Source: Candidatus Woesearchaeota archaeon
Lineage (GTDB): Archaea; Nanobdellota; Nanobdellia; Woesearchaeales; JABGUJ01
NCBI GenBank assembly: GCA_018646625.1
Contig: JABGUJ010000003.1
Location: 142,355-206,354 of the forward strand
Length of the DNA: 64,000 bases
Direction of reading: 5' to 3'
In this document: positions 18,857-28,073 of the stretch, one piece after another
How the letters are laid out: each line of letters begins with the position of its first letter
Numbering within the stretch: position 1 is the first letter of the stretch
Notes under the pieces: model-generated
The model's input: the letters and a program-made list of their open reading frames with translations, nothing else
What the model was told of the DNA's origin: nothing
Databases searched by the model: none
Program-made: the position numbers and the translations under genes

Positions 18857-19732
18857 CTACATTTGAGAAATAATTGATTGATTTATCTGTTTAGCCATCT
18901 CTAAATTTTTAATCACAGTTAGTTTAACTTCAACCTTTCTACCTACTAAATCAGATAGTTCCTTCAAATTAAAATTCTTAATAGTCTTATTTCGCTTAAA
19001 GAATAAATCCAAATCCTTTACCAACTCATCAGGATACTGAGCTTGAATAATCAGATCACCATACGTTCCAACATAATAACTTTTATCAAATGATGAAGAA
19101 GAGGAACTTATCGTAACCTTCATTCCAATCTCTTTGTAAAAAGTTCTAATATTTCTATCTAAGGGAGTGTTCCCCGTACTCAGAATATAGGATCGGATTC
19201 TTTTCTTCTTTAACTGACCCATGAGCTCTTTCTCTCTATCGAGATGCAAAAGCCCCTCCCAAGTATGAGCTGCTTGATAACAATTAACATTATAATCACC
19301 TTTACGAAAATTCACATACCAATCCTCTATCAGATCTTGCCAGAATTTCATTAACTTATTGAGAGAACTAAAAGTAAAAACGGACACACCTTCACTAATA
19401 GAATGTATATTCTTTGGAGAAACAGGATTGCGATTAAGTTTTTTTGATAAATCATCCAATAATAACTTTGTCTCACTCACCCATTTTTTATTTATAGAAA
19501 AAGCATCATCTTTCTTAATCAAAACTGATTCAGATACCAACTCTAAAACTGCTTTTCTAACCGCTTGAAAAGTTACAGACCGGCCATATCGCTTCTTAAT
19601 ATAATTAGTCAATTGTATTATTCTCAAAGGGTACTCGCTACTTAAAATTGTAAAAACAAGATCCTTTACGCCATTCTTCTTACCGAAAGGTAAACTAGTT
19701 TTAAGAGCCATTAAACCTAATAGTTCAACCAA
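18857..19732 (-). CDS. hypothetical protein with possible N-terminal winged-helix domain
   Basis: 291-aa ORF with no diagnostic motifs. Confidence 0.45.
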   Translation of the reverse strand: MVELLGLMALKTSLPFGKKNGVKDLVFTILSSEYPLRIIQLTNYIKKRYGRSVTFQAVRKAVLELVSESVLIKKDDAFSINKKWVSETKLLLDDLSKKLNRNPVSPKNIHSISEGVSVFTFSSLNKLMKFWQDLIEDWYVNFRKGDYNVNCYQAAHTWEGLLHLDREKELMGQLKKKRIRSYILSTGNTPLDRNIRTFYKEIGMKVTISSSSSSFDKSYYVGTYGDLIIQAQYPDELVKDLDLFFKRNKTIKNFNLKELSDLVGRKVEVKLTVIKNLEMAKQINQSIISQM

Positions 19733-19802
19733 ATACTTAAACCTTTTGGTTCAATAATAATTGAACCACACATTATTAGACCACAATTGACCTTACCATC
19801 AA

Positions 19803-20528
19803 ATGGTAAAAACACAATTAGTGGTTATTTCAGGAGTTACAGGATCTCTAGGTCAGGCATATGCTACACATTACCATGCCCAAGATTGTAAAGTTGTAGG
19901 ACTCTCAAGACAACCCGCATCACAAAAACTTGAATCAGTTGACCACCTAGTCGCAGACCTATTAGATAAAAAAACCACCACAGAAACAATTAACAGAATA
20001 TCGCTCGAAAATATCACAAATATTTTAGTGATTCATCCAGTAGGGAGATTCATATTTGAAAATGAATTCAGAGAAATAGACCCAAAGATATATGCCTCAA
20101 ACGTTGAAACCTTTAAGAATGTAGCAAGACCATTAATAAGAAGTCAAATACCCGCCACATTAGTTGGATTTGGTTCGATAAGCGACAAATACAACATTCC
20201 ATTCTGGGGATCATACTCGAGATCAAAAAGAGCTTTAAGAGAATACATGCAAACCTTAGCATACAACAATGATAACATCAGAAGTGTATTTCTCAATTTA
20301 AGCTCAGTAAAAACATTAAATGAATCAAGACTAAGACCCTTTGCAGATACAAGTTACTGGCTCACACCTGAAGAAATAATAGAACGTTCAGTACACGAAT
20401 TAACATTCAGAGGAAAATGGAAAGAAGTTGATATATTCAATCTATCTCCAGATTTCTCTCCAGAGATATACACAGATCATCAAAGACTTAAAGAGAGATG
20501 GTTAAAAGAAATGTATGGAGAGATATGA
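19803..20528 (+). CDS. short-chain dehydrogenase/reductase (SDR) family oxidoreductase
   Basis: N-terminal Rossmann motif VISGVTGSLGQ and YSRSK (catalytic Tyr-x3-Lys). Confidence 0.65.
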   Translation: MVKTQLVVISGVTGSLGQAYATHYHAQDCKVVGLSRQPASQKLESVDHLVADLLDKKTTTETINRISLENITNILVIHPVGRFIFENEFREIDPKIYASNVETFKNVARPLIRSQIPATLVGFGSISDKYNIPFWGSYSRSKRALREYMQTLAYNNDNIRSVFLNLSSVKTLNESRLRPFADTSYWLTPEEIIERSVHELTFRGKWKEVDIFNLSPDFSPEIYTDHQRLKERWLKEMYGEI

Positions 20529-20576
20529 ATCGATTATTTCGAAAGCATTATTAATCAACAAGAGTTAAATCAACCA

Positions 20577-21320
20577 ATGCCGGAGATATTCACATTAATT
20601 ACTGTTTTCTTGATAGGAATCGCAGCCAGTTACATAGGAGCAATAGCGGGCGGCGGAGGATTAATCTCAATACCCTTTCTAATATTCACAGGATTACCAC
20701 CCCACGTTGCAATAGCCACAAACAAATTAGGGGCACTAGGATTAAACATAGCAGTCATTCCAAAATTCTGGAAAGAAAAACAAATAGTTTGGAAGTATGT
20801 ATTACCTTTCACAATCATAGGCATATTCGGCGCATTCATCGGTGCAAGCCTACTAATACAAATAAACAAAGACGCAATCACAAAAGTTGTTGGAATTCTA
20901 ATATTACTATTACTTCCATTATTTTTCTTAAAAAAAGAACTAGGAACTAAAAGAATCAAAGTTGGCAAAGTAAAACTATTCTTTGGCTACATAGCTTACA
21001 CCCTATTAATGATCTTCGGCGGATTCTTTGGAGCAGCAGGAGCAATAAGATCCTTCATCTTAATGTATTTCTTTGGCGTTACAATCATAGAATCTAATGC
21101 AACACACAGAATACCTTGGCTAATTGGAACAATCATCGCACTCTCCGTTTTCATGTATAATGGAATTGTGAATTATTCTTCAGGTATCGCATTATGCCTC
21201 GGAATGGCGATTGGTGGTTATCTTGGAGCACACACCGCAGTTAAAAAAGGAAATCAGTGGGTAAAAGCGTTCTTCACTGTAATTGTAATAATATCTGCAA
21301 TCAAAATATTATTCTTTTAA
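20577..21320 (+). CDS. TauE/SafE-family (DUF81) sulfite/anion exporter
   Basis: 247 aa with about 8 TM and paired Gly-rich helices (AIAGGGGLISIP). Confidence 0.7.
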   Translation: MPEIFTLITVFLIGIAASYIGAIAGGGGLISIPFLIFTGLPPHVAIATNKLGALGLNIAVIPKFWKEKQIVWKYVLPFTIIGIFGAFIGASLLIQINKDAITKVVGILILLLLPLFFLKKELGTKRIKVGKVKLFFGYIAYTLLMIFGGFFGAAGAIRSFILMYFFGVTIIESNATHRIPWLIGTIIALSVFMYNGIVNYSSGIALCLGMAIGGYLGAHTAVKKGNQWVKAFFTVIVIISAIKILFF

Positions 21321-21402
21321 GAACAACATAAACATTTAAAACTTCAAACCAATTCAAAGTCAAAGAAAAGTAATTATATAGTTAAGAAACGGAGGTTAAA
21401 AA

Positions 21403-21603
21403 ATGAAAAAAATAATCATTGGTGTTATGGTAATAATAATATTATTAGTCACATTAACAGGATGTACAGATCCAGCAGTGTGTGGAAACAATCGCGTAGA
21501 ATCTGGAGAAGGTTGCGACAATTCACAATGTCCATCAGGAAGTATTTGTGAAAATTGCAGATGCAATTCATTACCACAACCACCAGCATTACCGGAGGAA
21601 TAA
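21403..21603 (+). CDS. small secreted Cys-rich lipoprotein
   Basis: MKKIIIGVMVIIILLVTLTGC lipobox followed by 8 Cys in 45 aa. Confidence 0.45.
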   Translation: MKKIIIGVMVIIILLVTLTGCTDPAVCGNNRVESGEGCDNSQCPSGSICENCRCNSLPQPPALPEE

Positions 21604-21606
21604 AAG

Positions 21607-22920
21607 ATGAAGAAAATTATCATACTATTAGGAATAATGATATTATGTTCTACTTTAGTATTGGCAGCCTATACAGACTATGAAAACTTAGGATCATCAG
21701 GCGACTATAAAGTAACATATACAGAAGTAATCAACAAAGGATGGAACTTATTACCTGCAGATTACGGCGCATGGTCCATAACTAGCGAAATGTCTGAAGC
21801 AAATATCGCAAAAATAAAAGCATATTACATGTACTTCCCAGTACACAAGGAATATGTTCTAGCATTAAGCGGATTTAGCGGACAAGATCTTCAGAAACTA
21901 CAATCTAATCAAAACTATTTACAATCGTCTGCAGCATGGTTCTATGTAACTGAACCGTTCACTCTTAGTTATGTCGCAGAAAATGGTGGAGGAATGCCTG
22001 AACTATACAAAGGCTGGAACTTCTTAACCATAGGTCCTGAACTAACAGTGCTTAACAAAGATGTAAAAAACAGCAATAAGTTCCCAACAGGGGATTGTGA
22101 AGTTCAAAAGATGCACTTTTGGGATAGCTCCAAACAAAACTGGGACAACCCGTTTGGCTCAAACAACATACAAGATAATTTAGATGAATTGGCAGATGAC
22201 GATGCAGTGGGTGCTGGAATCGTAATAAAAGTCAAAGAGTCCTGCCAATTAGGTGTTAACGGCGCCACAATGGGTCCACCACCTTTGCCGGATTCAGACA
22301 ATACTGAAACCGAAGCAGACACATCTACAGAATCATCAGAGAAAACATGTACAGATACAGATGATAATGGCCCTTACAATGATGACCCTAATAGAAACAA
22401 AGTAAAGGGAACCACTACAGGCTACTGGAAAATACTGCCAAACGACTATAAGAAAACCAAAAATGGAAAGGTTGCCTATGAAAGCGTAACTGATTATTGT
22501 TTAGGTGAAGATGAATGGCAAGCAGGAAAACTGATTGAAACATATTGTGCAGGAAACGACGTTGCAACATACATAGTAACATCTTGTAGTGACGGTACAT
22601 ACTGTAAAAAAGGCGCATGTACTTCATGTTCAGGTAATTCCTGTCCAGACTGTTATGATTCAGATGATAGTATTGAAGAATTCTCATCAGGAACTACAAC
22701 AGGTTTAAGCCAGAACAACATCTTCATAACAAGATCAGATGAATGTATTAATCTGGGAGGAACAGAATTCGCCAACGGTCAAGTGATTGTTGGATCAAGT
22801 GCAGTTACAGAATATAGCTGTAATAACGAAGTTGTTGGTGCAAGCCAAATAACTTGTGAATTCGGATGTAACTCAGGAAGATGTATGGATGAAGACGAAA
22901 CTAACTCATGGTTGAGTTAG
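21607..22920 (+). CDS. secreted protein with Cys-rich C-terminal domain
   Basis: Signal peptide MKKIIILLGIMILCSTLVLAA. GGAGGA SD. Acidic linker and many Cys in the last 150 aa. Confidence 0.55.
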   Translation: MKKIIILLGIMILCSTLVLAAYTDYENLGSSGDYKVTYTEVINKGWNLLPADYGAWSITSEMSEANIAKIKAYYMYFPVHKEYVLALSGFSGQDLQKLQSNQNYLQSSAAWFYVTEPFTLSYVAENGGGMPELYKGWNFLTIGPELTVLNKDVKNSNKFPTGDCEVQKMHFWDSSKQNWDNPFGSNNIQDNLDELADDDAVGAGIVIKVKESCQLGVNGATMGPPPLPDSDNTETEADTSTESSEKTCTDTDDNGPYNDDPNRNKVKGTTTGYWKILPNDYKKTKNGKVAYESVTDYCLGEDEWQAGKLIETYCAGNDVATYIVTSCSDGTYCKKGACTSCSGNSCPDCYDSDDSIEEFSSGTTTGLSQNNIFITRSDECINLGGTEFANGQVIVGSSAVTEYSCNNEVVGASQITCEFGCNSGRCMDEDETNSWLS

Positions 22921-22944
22921 ATTTTTTTATTTTTTCTTTTTCTA
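22921..22944 (+). terminator. oligo-T tract following the secreted-protein gene
   Basis: atttttttattttttctttttc lies directly after the TAG stop. Confidence 0.4.
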
Positions 22945-22999
22945 AAGAAGATCATTTTCTTAGAAATCTTTATATACAACACAAACCCTATATCGCAAC

Positions 23000-23821
23000 A
23001 TGAACTATAGATTAAAGAATATTTGTGAAGTGAACAACGAGTTAAAAATACAACTAAAAAAGTTAAATGCACAATCCGAAGAATTAAGTAATACAATTCA
23101 TAAAATTAGTGTGTCCGATGAAGGCCTAGAGAAGACTCTTAAAGTTGAATCCGAGATTATGACCGCCATAACTACTAAAGCAAAGCTTTTACCTAATAAT
23201 CGAAACCAACTCGTGCATTCATTTTCACAAATAATACAATTCGTTATTGATCAGATAGATAGTAACAAGATTACAAACAACACAGTTGAGAAAGATCAAC
23301 TATTATTCAACAAGATTGCGGATCTAAGTTACCGTTTTGAATCATTTTACAAAGATAATAAAGAACAGTTTATGTTATTTGAAAACATAAGAAATTTATT
23401 GAGAAATTTGGCAGGAATTCTTCTTGGAGATAAATACATAAAATACAATCAAATGACTGTTCCCGCATTCCATATAACTTTCGATTTTAAAACACAAGAT
23501 AGAAATAAAATCACGAATAAAGACTTCATTAAAGATTTCATAATTAAGACAATAAAAGCACTTGATATGAATATCCTTCACGGACCTAACTTGATGGAAG
23601 GTGGCCCAAAGAATCCAGGCATTACCGGCTTTGCCGTTATAGACTTTTCTCATATCGCCATTCATACGTTCCTATTACCGCACAGCATAGAAAATGAAGT
23701 TTTTATGGACATTTTTTCGTGTAAACCATACAATAAAGAAAAAGTTGTTGAATCTATTGAACAAGAATTTAATGTAGAAAATCACAAAGTAAATTACGAA
23801 GTTCTTTCATTCGGAGAATAA
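23000..23821 (+). CDS. protein with C-terminal SpeH-like (class 1B, pyruvoyl-dependent) S-adenosylmethionine decarboxylase domain and N-terminal coiled-coil extension
   Basis: GFAVIDFSHIAIHTF...DIFSCK aligns with the SpeH blocks ...ESHLSIHTWPE...DIFTCG. The cleavage-site Glu-Ser is Phe-Ser here. Confidence 0.45.
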   Translation: MNYRLKNICEVNNELKIQLKKLNAQSEELSNTIHKISVSDEGLEKTLKVESEIMTAITTKAKLLPNNRNQLVHSFSQIIQFVIDQIDSNKITNNTVEKDQLLFNKIADLSYRFESFYKDNKEQFMLFENIRNLLRNLAGILLGDKYIKYNQMTVPAFHITFDFKTQDRNKITNKDFIKDFIIKTIKALDMNILHGPNLMEGGPKNPGITGFAVIDFSHIAIHTFLLPHSIENEVFMDIFSCKPYNKEKVVESIEQEFNVENHKVNYEVLSFGE

Positions 23822-23879
23822 AAAAACACCACCAATTCTAAGAATCATCATAGCAACTCCAGTCGCAAGTTCAATTCAG

Positions 23880-24566
23880 TCATAAAATCAATACTCGCCC
23901 TTGATACCATATAATATACAAACCAGCCAGCACTACTATCACACCACCAACTCGATTCAAATAAGGCATGACTTTACTAACAGAAGAACGAAGAAAATCT
24001 TTTGCAAAGACAGCAAGAAGATAGAAAACCAACATGAACATACTCATACCTACAGCATAAGAAACAAAATAAGAGAGTCCAACAACAAATGATCCCGATT
24101 GTAATGCAGAAGTTGCAACAACTAAAAAAAGCGGAAACAAGCAAGCCAGAGATCCAATACCATAACTCACACCGAACAAATAGCTTTCAATCAGAAGGTT
24201 CTTAGATTTTGTTCTAGAACCATGAAAAGAGAAACTCAAAGCCTTACCTTTAATCATAAACAAACCAAGAACTACAATAACAACGCCCAAGATAACTCCT
24301 AAGTACACAATAACTTTCTTTACAACACTTGCAAAAAGCATAATTGCGAAACTAGCTATACCATACACTGATGCTATTCCTAAAATAGTTAAAAAAGAAA
24401 GAAGAAGAGCTCTCTTAAGGAGCCGTCCTTTAGTTTGCTCACCCTTATCTAGATTCCTAGCTACGAATGCTGACAAGTAACCCGGAAGCAACGCTACCGC
24501 GCAAGGCGCAAAGAAAGCAAGCACCCCTTGTACAAAGGAAAAGCCTAGTAAGACCGAGTCAATCAT
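23880..24566 (-). CDS. ccdA: cytochrome c-type biogenesis / thiol-disulfide transporter CcdA (DsbD transmembrane domain family)
   Basis: Two conserved Cys in FAPCAVALLP and GSLACLFP. 6 TM. Confidence 0.8.
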   Translation of the reverse strand: MIDSVLLGFSFVQGVLAFFAPCAVALLPGYLSAFVARNLDKGEQTKGRLLKRALLLSFLTILGIASVYGIASFAIMLFASVVKKVIVYLGVILGVVIVVLGLFMIKGKALSFSFHGSRTKSKNLLIESYLFGVSYGIGSLACLFPLFLVVATSALQSGSFVVGLSYFVSYAVGMSMFMLVFYLLAVFAKDFLRSSVSKVMPYLNRVGGVIVVLAGLYIIWYQGRVLIL

Positions 24567-24568
24567 TT

Positions 24569-25114
24569 TTACAGTTGCTCAAAAAAAGCCCTCCACCCAT
24601 CATCAGTCAATGCACCATCATGCCTACTTACGACTTTTCCTGTTTCATCAATCGCAAACTTCGCAGTCTGTTTTTTCACACCATACTTAATAGCCAACTG
24701 AGGATTACCAGGAGACATATCAAAAATAATGTTTCTATCTTCACGCAAGTCTTTAAGTACATCAACCGTATCAGTTGGATCTACCGAAACCGCAACAAAA
24801 TTAACCTTGTTTTTGTAGTCAGGATATACATCATTCAACGCAGCCCAGTTTTTTGCACAAGTAGAACAGGTACTTGACATGAAGTACAAAACCGTAGGCA
24901 AACCTTGATTCTTATTTTCAGTCAAGCTCACAGTATCACCATCTATAGTCTCAATTGAGAATTCATATGCCTCAGCCAAATCAACAGTTTCCTTAACAAG
25001 ATTTCCTTCGATACTTGCAATGTTTGATCCATAGCCTCCAACACTCATTCCACTGAAGAAAGAGAGCAGACCAACAACCACCACTGCAGTAATCCAATAA
25101 ATAGTTTTATTCAT
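24569..25114 (-). CDS. membrane-anchored thioredoxin-fold thiol:disulfide oxidoreductase (TlpA/ResA-like)
   Basis: N-terminal TM helix. CxxC active site within SSTCSTCAK. Lies 3 nt upstream of ccdA. Confidence 0.75.
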   Translation of the reverse strand: MNKTIYWITAVVVVGLLSFFSGMSVGGYGSNIASIEGNLVKETVDLAEAYEFSIETIDGDTVSLTENKNQGLPTVLYFMSSTCSTCAKNWAALNDVYPDYKNKVNFVAVSVDPTDTVDVLKDLREDRNIIFDMSPGNPQLAIKYGVKKQTAKFAIDETGKVVSRHDGALTDDGWRAFFEQL

Positions 25115-25216
25115 TTTAGTTTACCTCACAAAAATTAATCAAATTTGTAGAAATATAGAGCCGAATCAGAGATATAAATAAATATTAAAAACAGTTAAAA
25201 AATAGTTAAAGAACAG

Positions 25217-26284
25217 TTAAAAATCAACTTTAGACGTCAGATTTACTAGCTTATCCCTTCCATCCTTTTCAAGCTCAATATATCCTTTTTCTTTCAAAAT
25301 CTTAATTCTTGAAATGGCTGTTGGATGAGTAATATCCAAGCTTTTCCTTATATCCGTCATAGTGGTTTTTCGTTTTTTAAGCGCATTATTCTTAACTAAG
25401 TTAATTACATCAAGATGCTCCTGTTTTAGCAGCTTAGACTCAATACTAGTTCTTTCAGCGGGTTTTCTATTTGCTACCGCCTCAACCACACTAAATACAT
25501 TATTAAGATTGGTTTGTAAATCTGAGATCTCGGATATATCTTCAGAAGACTTAATTCGTATCTTAAAATTCCCATCTACAAAAGTATCAATCTTATCAAT
25601 CATCTCGCGAATCGGTTTAACAAGCACCAAGCTGAAACTTCTGATTCTAAACAGCAACACAACCAAGAAAATCACTATCAAAGCAAACAGAAAGAAAAAA
25701 TAAACCCGTGATTGAAACAATAACTTTGTTCTCAAAACCTTGTTTCTTTTATCTACATTATCTACAATATCAGTAAATTTGTTAACTGCTTCTCTAAAAA
25801 GAGTCCCATGTTCATCAAGCAACGCATTCTTCTCTAAAGTTAGATTTTCGTTCGTTGCCAACTCTTTTTTATGCAAAATAAGCAACTTATTTCTTGCCGC
25901 TTCGACATCATGATGTAGCTCATTAGCTAGACCATACTGATCAATAGTATTCTGATCTGAGATAACACCAAGCACAATCAAAGTTTGCAAATCATCTTCA
26001 ACCCTTGCACACCTCAAATCAGATATCTCAACCTCTTTATCATAATCGAGCGCTTCATTATAATTCTGCGTATTAAGATAATCTAACAATAAAATATTAT
26101 CCTGATACACATCCAAAAGCATATGATCCATCGCTTTCAAAGTTGGTTCCGCTTCATTTATCAAAGAATTAAGCGACACATTAAATCTAAAGAAAGTAAA
26201 TGTAACCAACAAAATTATCACAGCAAATATTACCACAAATGTTACAAGATCCGCAGTTAATTTATGCTTAAGTTTCATACTCAA
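25217..26284 (-). CDS. membrane-anchored protein with C-terminal winged-helix (MarR/TrmB-like) DNA-binding domain
   Basis: TM helices at the N-terminus and mid-protein. C-terminal TMTDIRKSLDITHPTAISRIKILKEKGYIE resembles an HTH. Confidence 0.5.
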   Translation of the reverse strand: MSMKLKHKLTADLVTFVVIFAVIILLVTFTFFRFNVSLNSLINEAEPTLKAMDHMLLDVYQDNILLLDYLNTQNYNEALDYDKEVEISDLRCARVEDDLQTLIVLGVISDQNTIDQYGLANELHHDVEAARNKLLILHKKELATNENLTLEKNALLDEHGTLFREAVNKFTDIVDNVDKRNKVLRTKLLFQSRVYFFFLFALIVIFLVVLLFRIRSFSLVLVKPIREMIDKIDTFVDGNFKIRIKSSEDISEISDLQTNLNNVFSVVEAVANRKPAERTSIESKLLKQEHLDVINLVKNNALKKRKTTMTDIRKSLDITHPTAISRIKILKEKGYIELEKDGRDKLVNLTSKVDF

Positions 26285-26288
26285 AAAA

Positions 26289-27926
26289 CTACATCATACC
26301 AGGAGGCATACCACCCATTCCGCCAGGAGGCATAGGAGGTTCTTGACCACCGCCAGTAGATGCAATCACATCATCAATTCTAAGAATCATTATGGCAACT
26401 TCGGTTGCGGAGTTAACTGCCTGAGTCTTAATCTTCAAGGGTTCAATAATTCCTTTTGACCAAGCATCTATAACCTTGCCGCTGAAAACATCAATACCCG
26501 CCCAGATTCTTTTATTGTCGTGCGCAGATTTTAACTCAGTCACAACATCAATAGGATCTAATCCTCCGTTCTCAGCAAGAGTTCTTGGTATAACTTCAAC
26601 AGCATTTGCAAAAGCCAAAACAGCTAATTGTTCTCTACCGCTCAAACTATTAGAGTATTTTCTCAATCTCTTACCCAGTTCAATCTCAGGAGAACCAGCG
26701 CCAGCAACAACCTTTCCAAGCTGTAATGCTGCAACTATATCACCAATTGCATCTTCCATTGCTCTTTTAACTTCATCAATAACGTGCTCAGATCCGCCTC
26801 GCACAAGAATTGTTACAGATTTAGGATTTCTACATTCTTCAACATAAGTCATTTCTTCATCGCCGACTTTTCTTGCAGCAACGTCACCAGCATAACCTAA
26901 CTCTTTTGCAGTCAAATTATCAAGATTAGTAACAATTGAAGCATTGGTTGCCTTTGCTAAAGCTTCCATGTCAGATTTTTTAACTCTTCTAACAGCATAG
27001 ATTCCTTTCTTTGCTAAAAAATGTTGAGCTAAATCATCAATACCTTTCTGACAAAACAAAATAGTTGCACCAGAAGCAGCCACTTTCTCCACCATTTGCT
27101 TAAGCATATTCTCTTCTTGATCTAAGAAAGCCTGCATCTGTGAAGGATCAGTAATCTGAATCTTCGCATCAATCTCCGTATTTTTAATTTCTAATGCGGA
27201 ATCAACCAATGCAATCTTCGCCTTCTCAATACAAGCAGGCATTCCAGAATGTACTCGTTCTTTATCAATAATAAGTCCTTTAACAATCTGAGTATCCTCT
27301 AGCTTGCCACCAACTTTCTTTTCTATCTTAATGTCATCTCTAACAAAGAACTCTTCATTTGCTTTAGCTAGTTGCTTAACAGCTCCAACCACCAAACCTG
27401 CAAATAAATCTTTAGCAGACTCAGCGCCTTTACCAGTCATAGCAGTAACTGCGATCTTTTTCAACACATCAGAATTTTTAATATCAATTTTAACAGAAAT
27501 ATCATCTAAGATATCTAGTGCTTTTTTGTTTGCTAATCTGAATCCTTTTGCAATAACAGTTGGATGAATATTTTTATCAAGCAATTCCTCAGCATTCTTC
27601 AACAATTCACCTGCAAAAACAACAGCAGTAGTAGTTCCATCACCAACCTCATCTTCTTGAGTCTTAGCAATTTCAACAATCATTTTAGCAGCTGGATGTT
27701 CAACACCCATTTCTTCTAAAATTGTAACACCATCATTAGTTACCACAACATCACCCAGACTATCCACTAACATCTTATCCATTCCTTTAGGACCTAGAGT
27801 AGTTCTAACAGTCTCAGCCACTAATTTAGCAGCCATTATGTTGTTTCGTTGAGCACTTTTACCAGTAGTTCTTTGAGAACCTTCAGGCAGAATAAAAATT
27901 GGTTGAACATTTTGATTATTTGTCAT
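26289..27926 (-). CDS. ths: thermosome subunit (group II chaperonin)
   Basis: Conserved [23 protein letters not shown] blocks and a C-terminal GGM-type tail ([16 protein letters not shown]). Confidence 0.95.
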   Translation of the reverse strand: MTNNQNVQPIFILPEGSQRTTGKSAQRNNIMAAKLVAETVRTTLGPKGMDKMLVDSLGDVVVTNDGVTILEEMGVEHPAAKMIVEIAKTQEDEVGDGTTTAVVFAGELLKNAEELLDKNIHPTVIAKGFRLANKKALDILDDISVKIDIKNSDVLKKIAVTAMTGKGAESAKDLFAGLVVGAVKQLAKANEEFFVRDDIKIEKKVGGKLEDTQIVKGLIIDKERVHSGMPACIEKAKIALVDSALEIKNTEIDAKIQITDPSQMQAFLDQEENMLKQMVEKVAASGATILFCQKGIDDLAQHFLAKKGIYAVRRVKKSDMEALAKATNASIVTNLDNLTAKELGYAGDVAARKVGDEEMTYVEECRNPKSVTILVRGGSEHVIDEVKRAMEDAIGDIVAALQLGKVVAGAGSPEIELGKRLRKYSNSLSGREQLAVLAFANAVEVIPRTLAENGGLDPIDVVTELKSAHDNKRIWAGIDVFSGKVIDAWSKGIIEPLKIKTQAVNSATEVAIMILRIDDVIASTGGGQEPPMPPGGMGGMPPGMM

Positions 27927-28073
27927 AATTTACACCCCATAGACATCGTTTTCAATAATTATGATAAACCCATCTGAAAAGATGGTGATATTTAAACGTT
28001 ACGATTGGCAAAATCCCATAATTAGGGCCTCTAAGGAGTAAGCTTTATAAGGGCACCAATCTCTTAAAATTCA

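Noticed and set aside
26476-26847. 123-aa plus-strand ORF inside the thermosome gene (also 27304..27567)
   Set aside because: These are antisense shadow ORFs within a high-confidence chaperonin gene. The A-rich sense strand creates open T-rich antisense frames.
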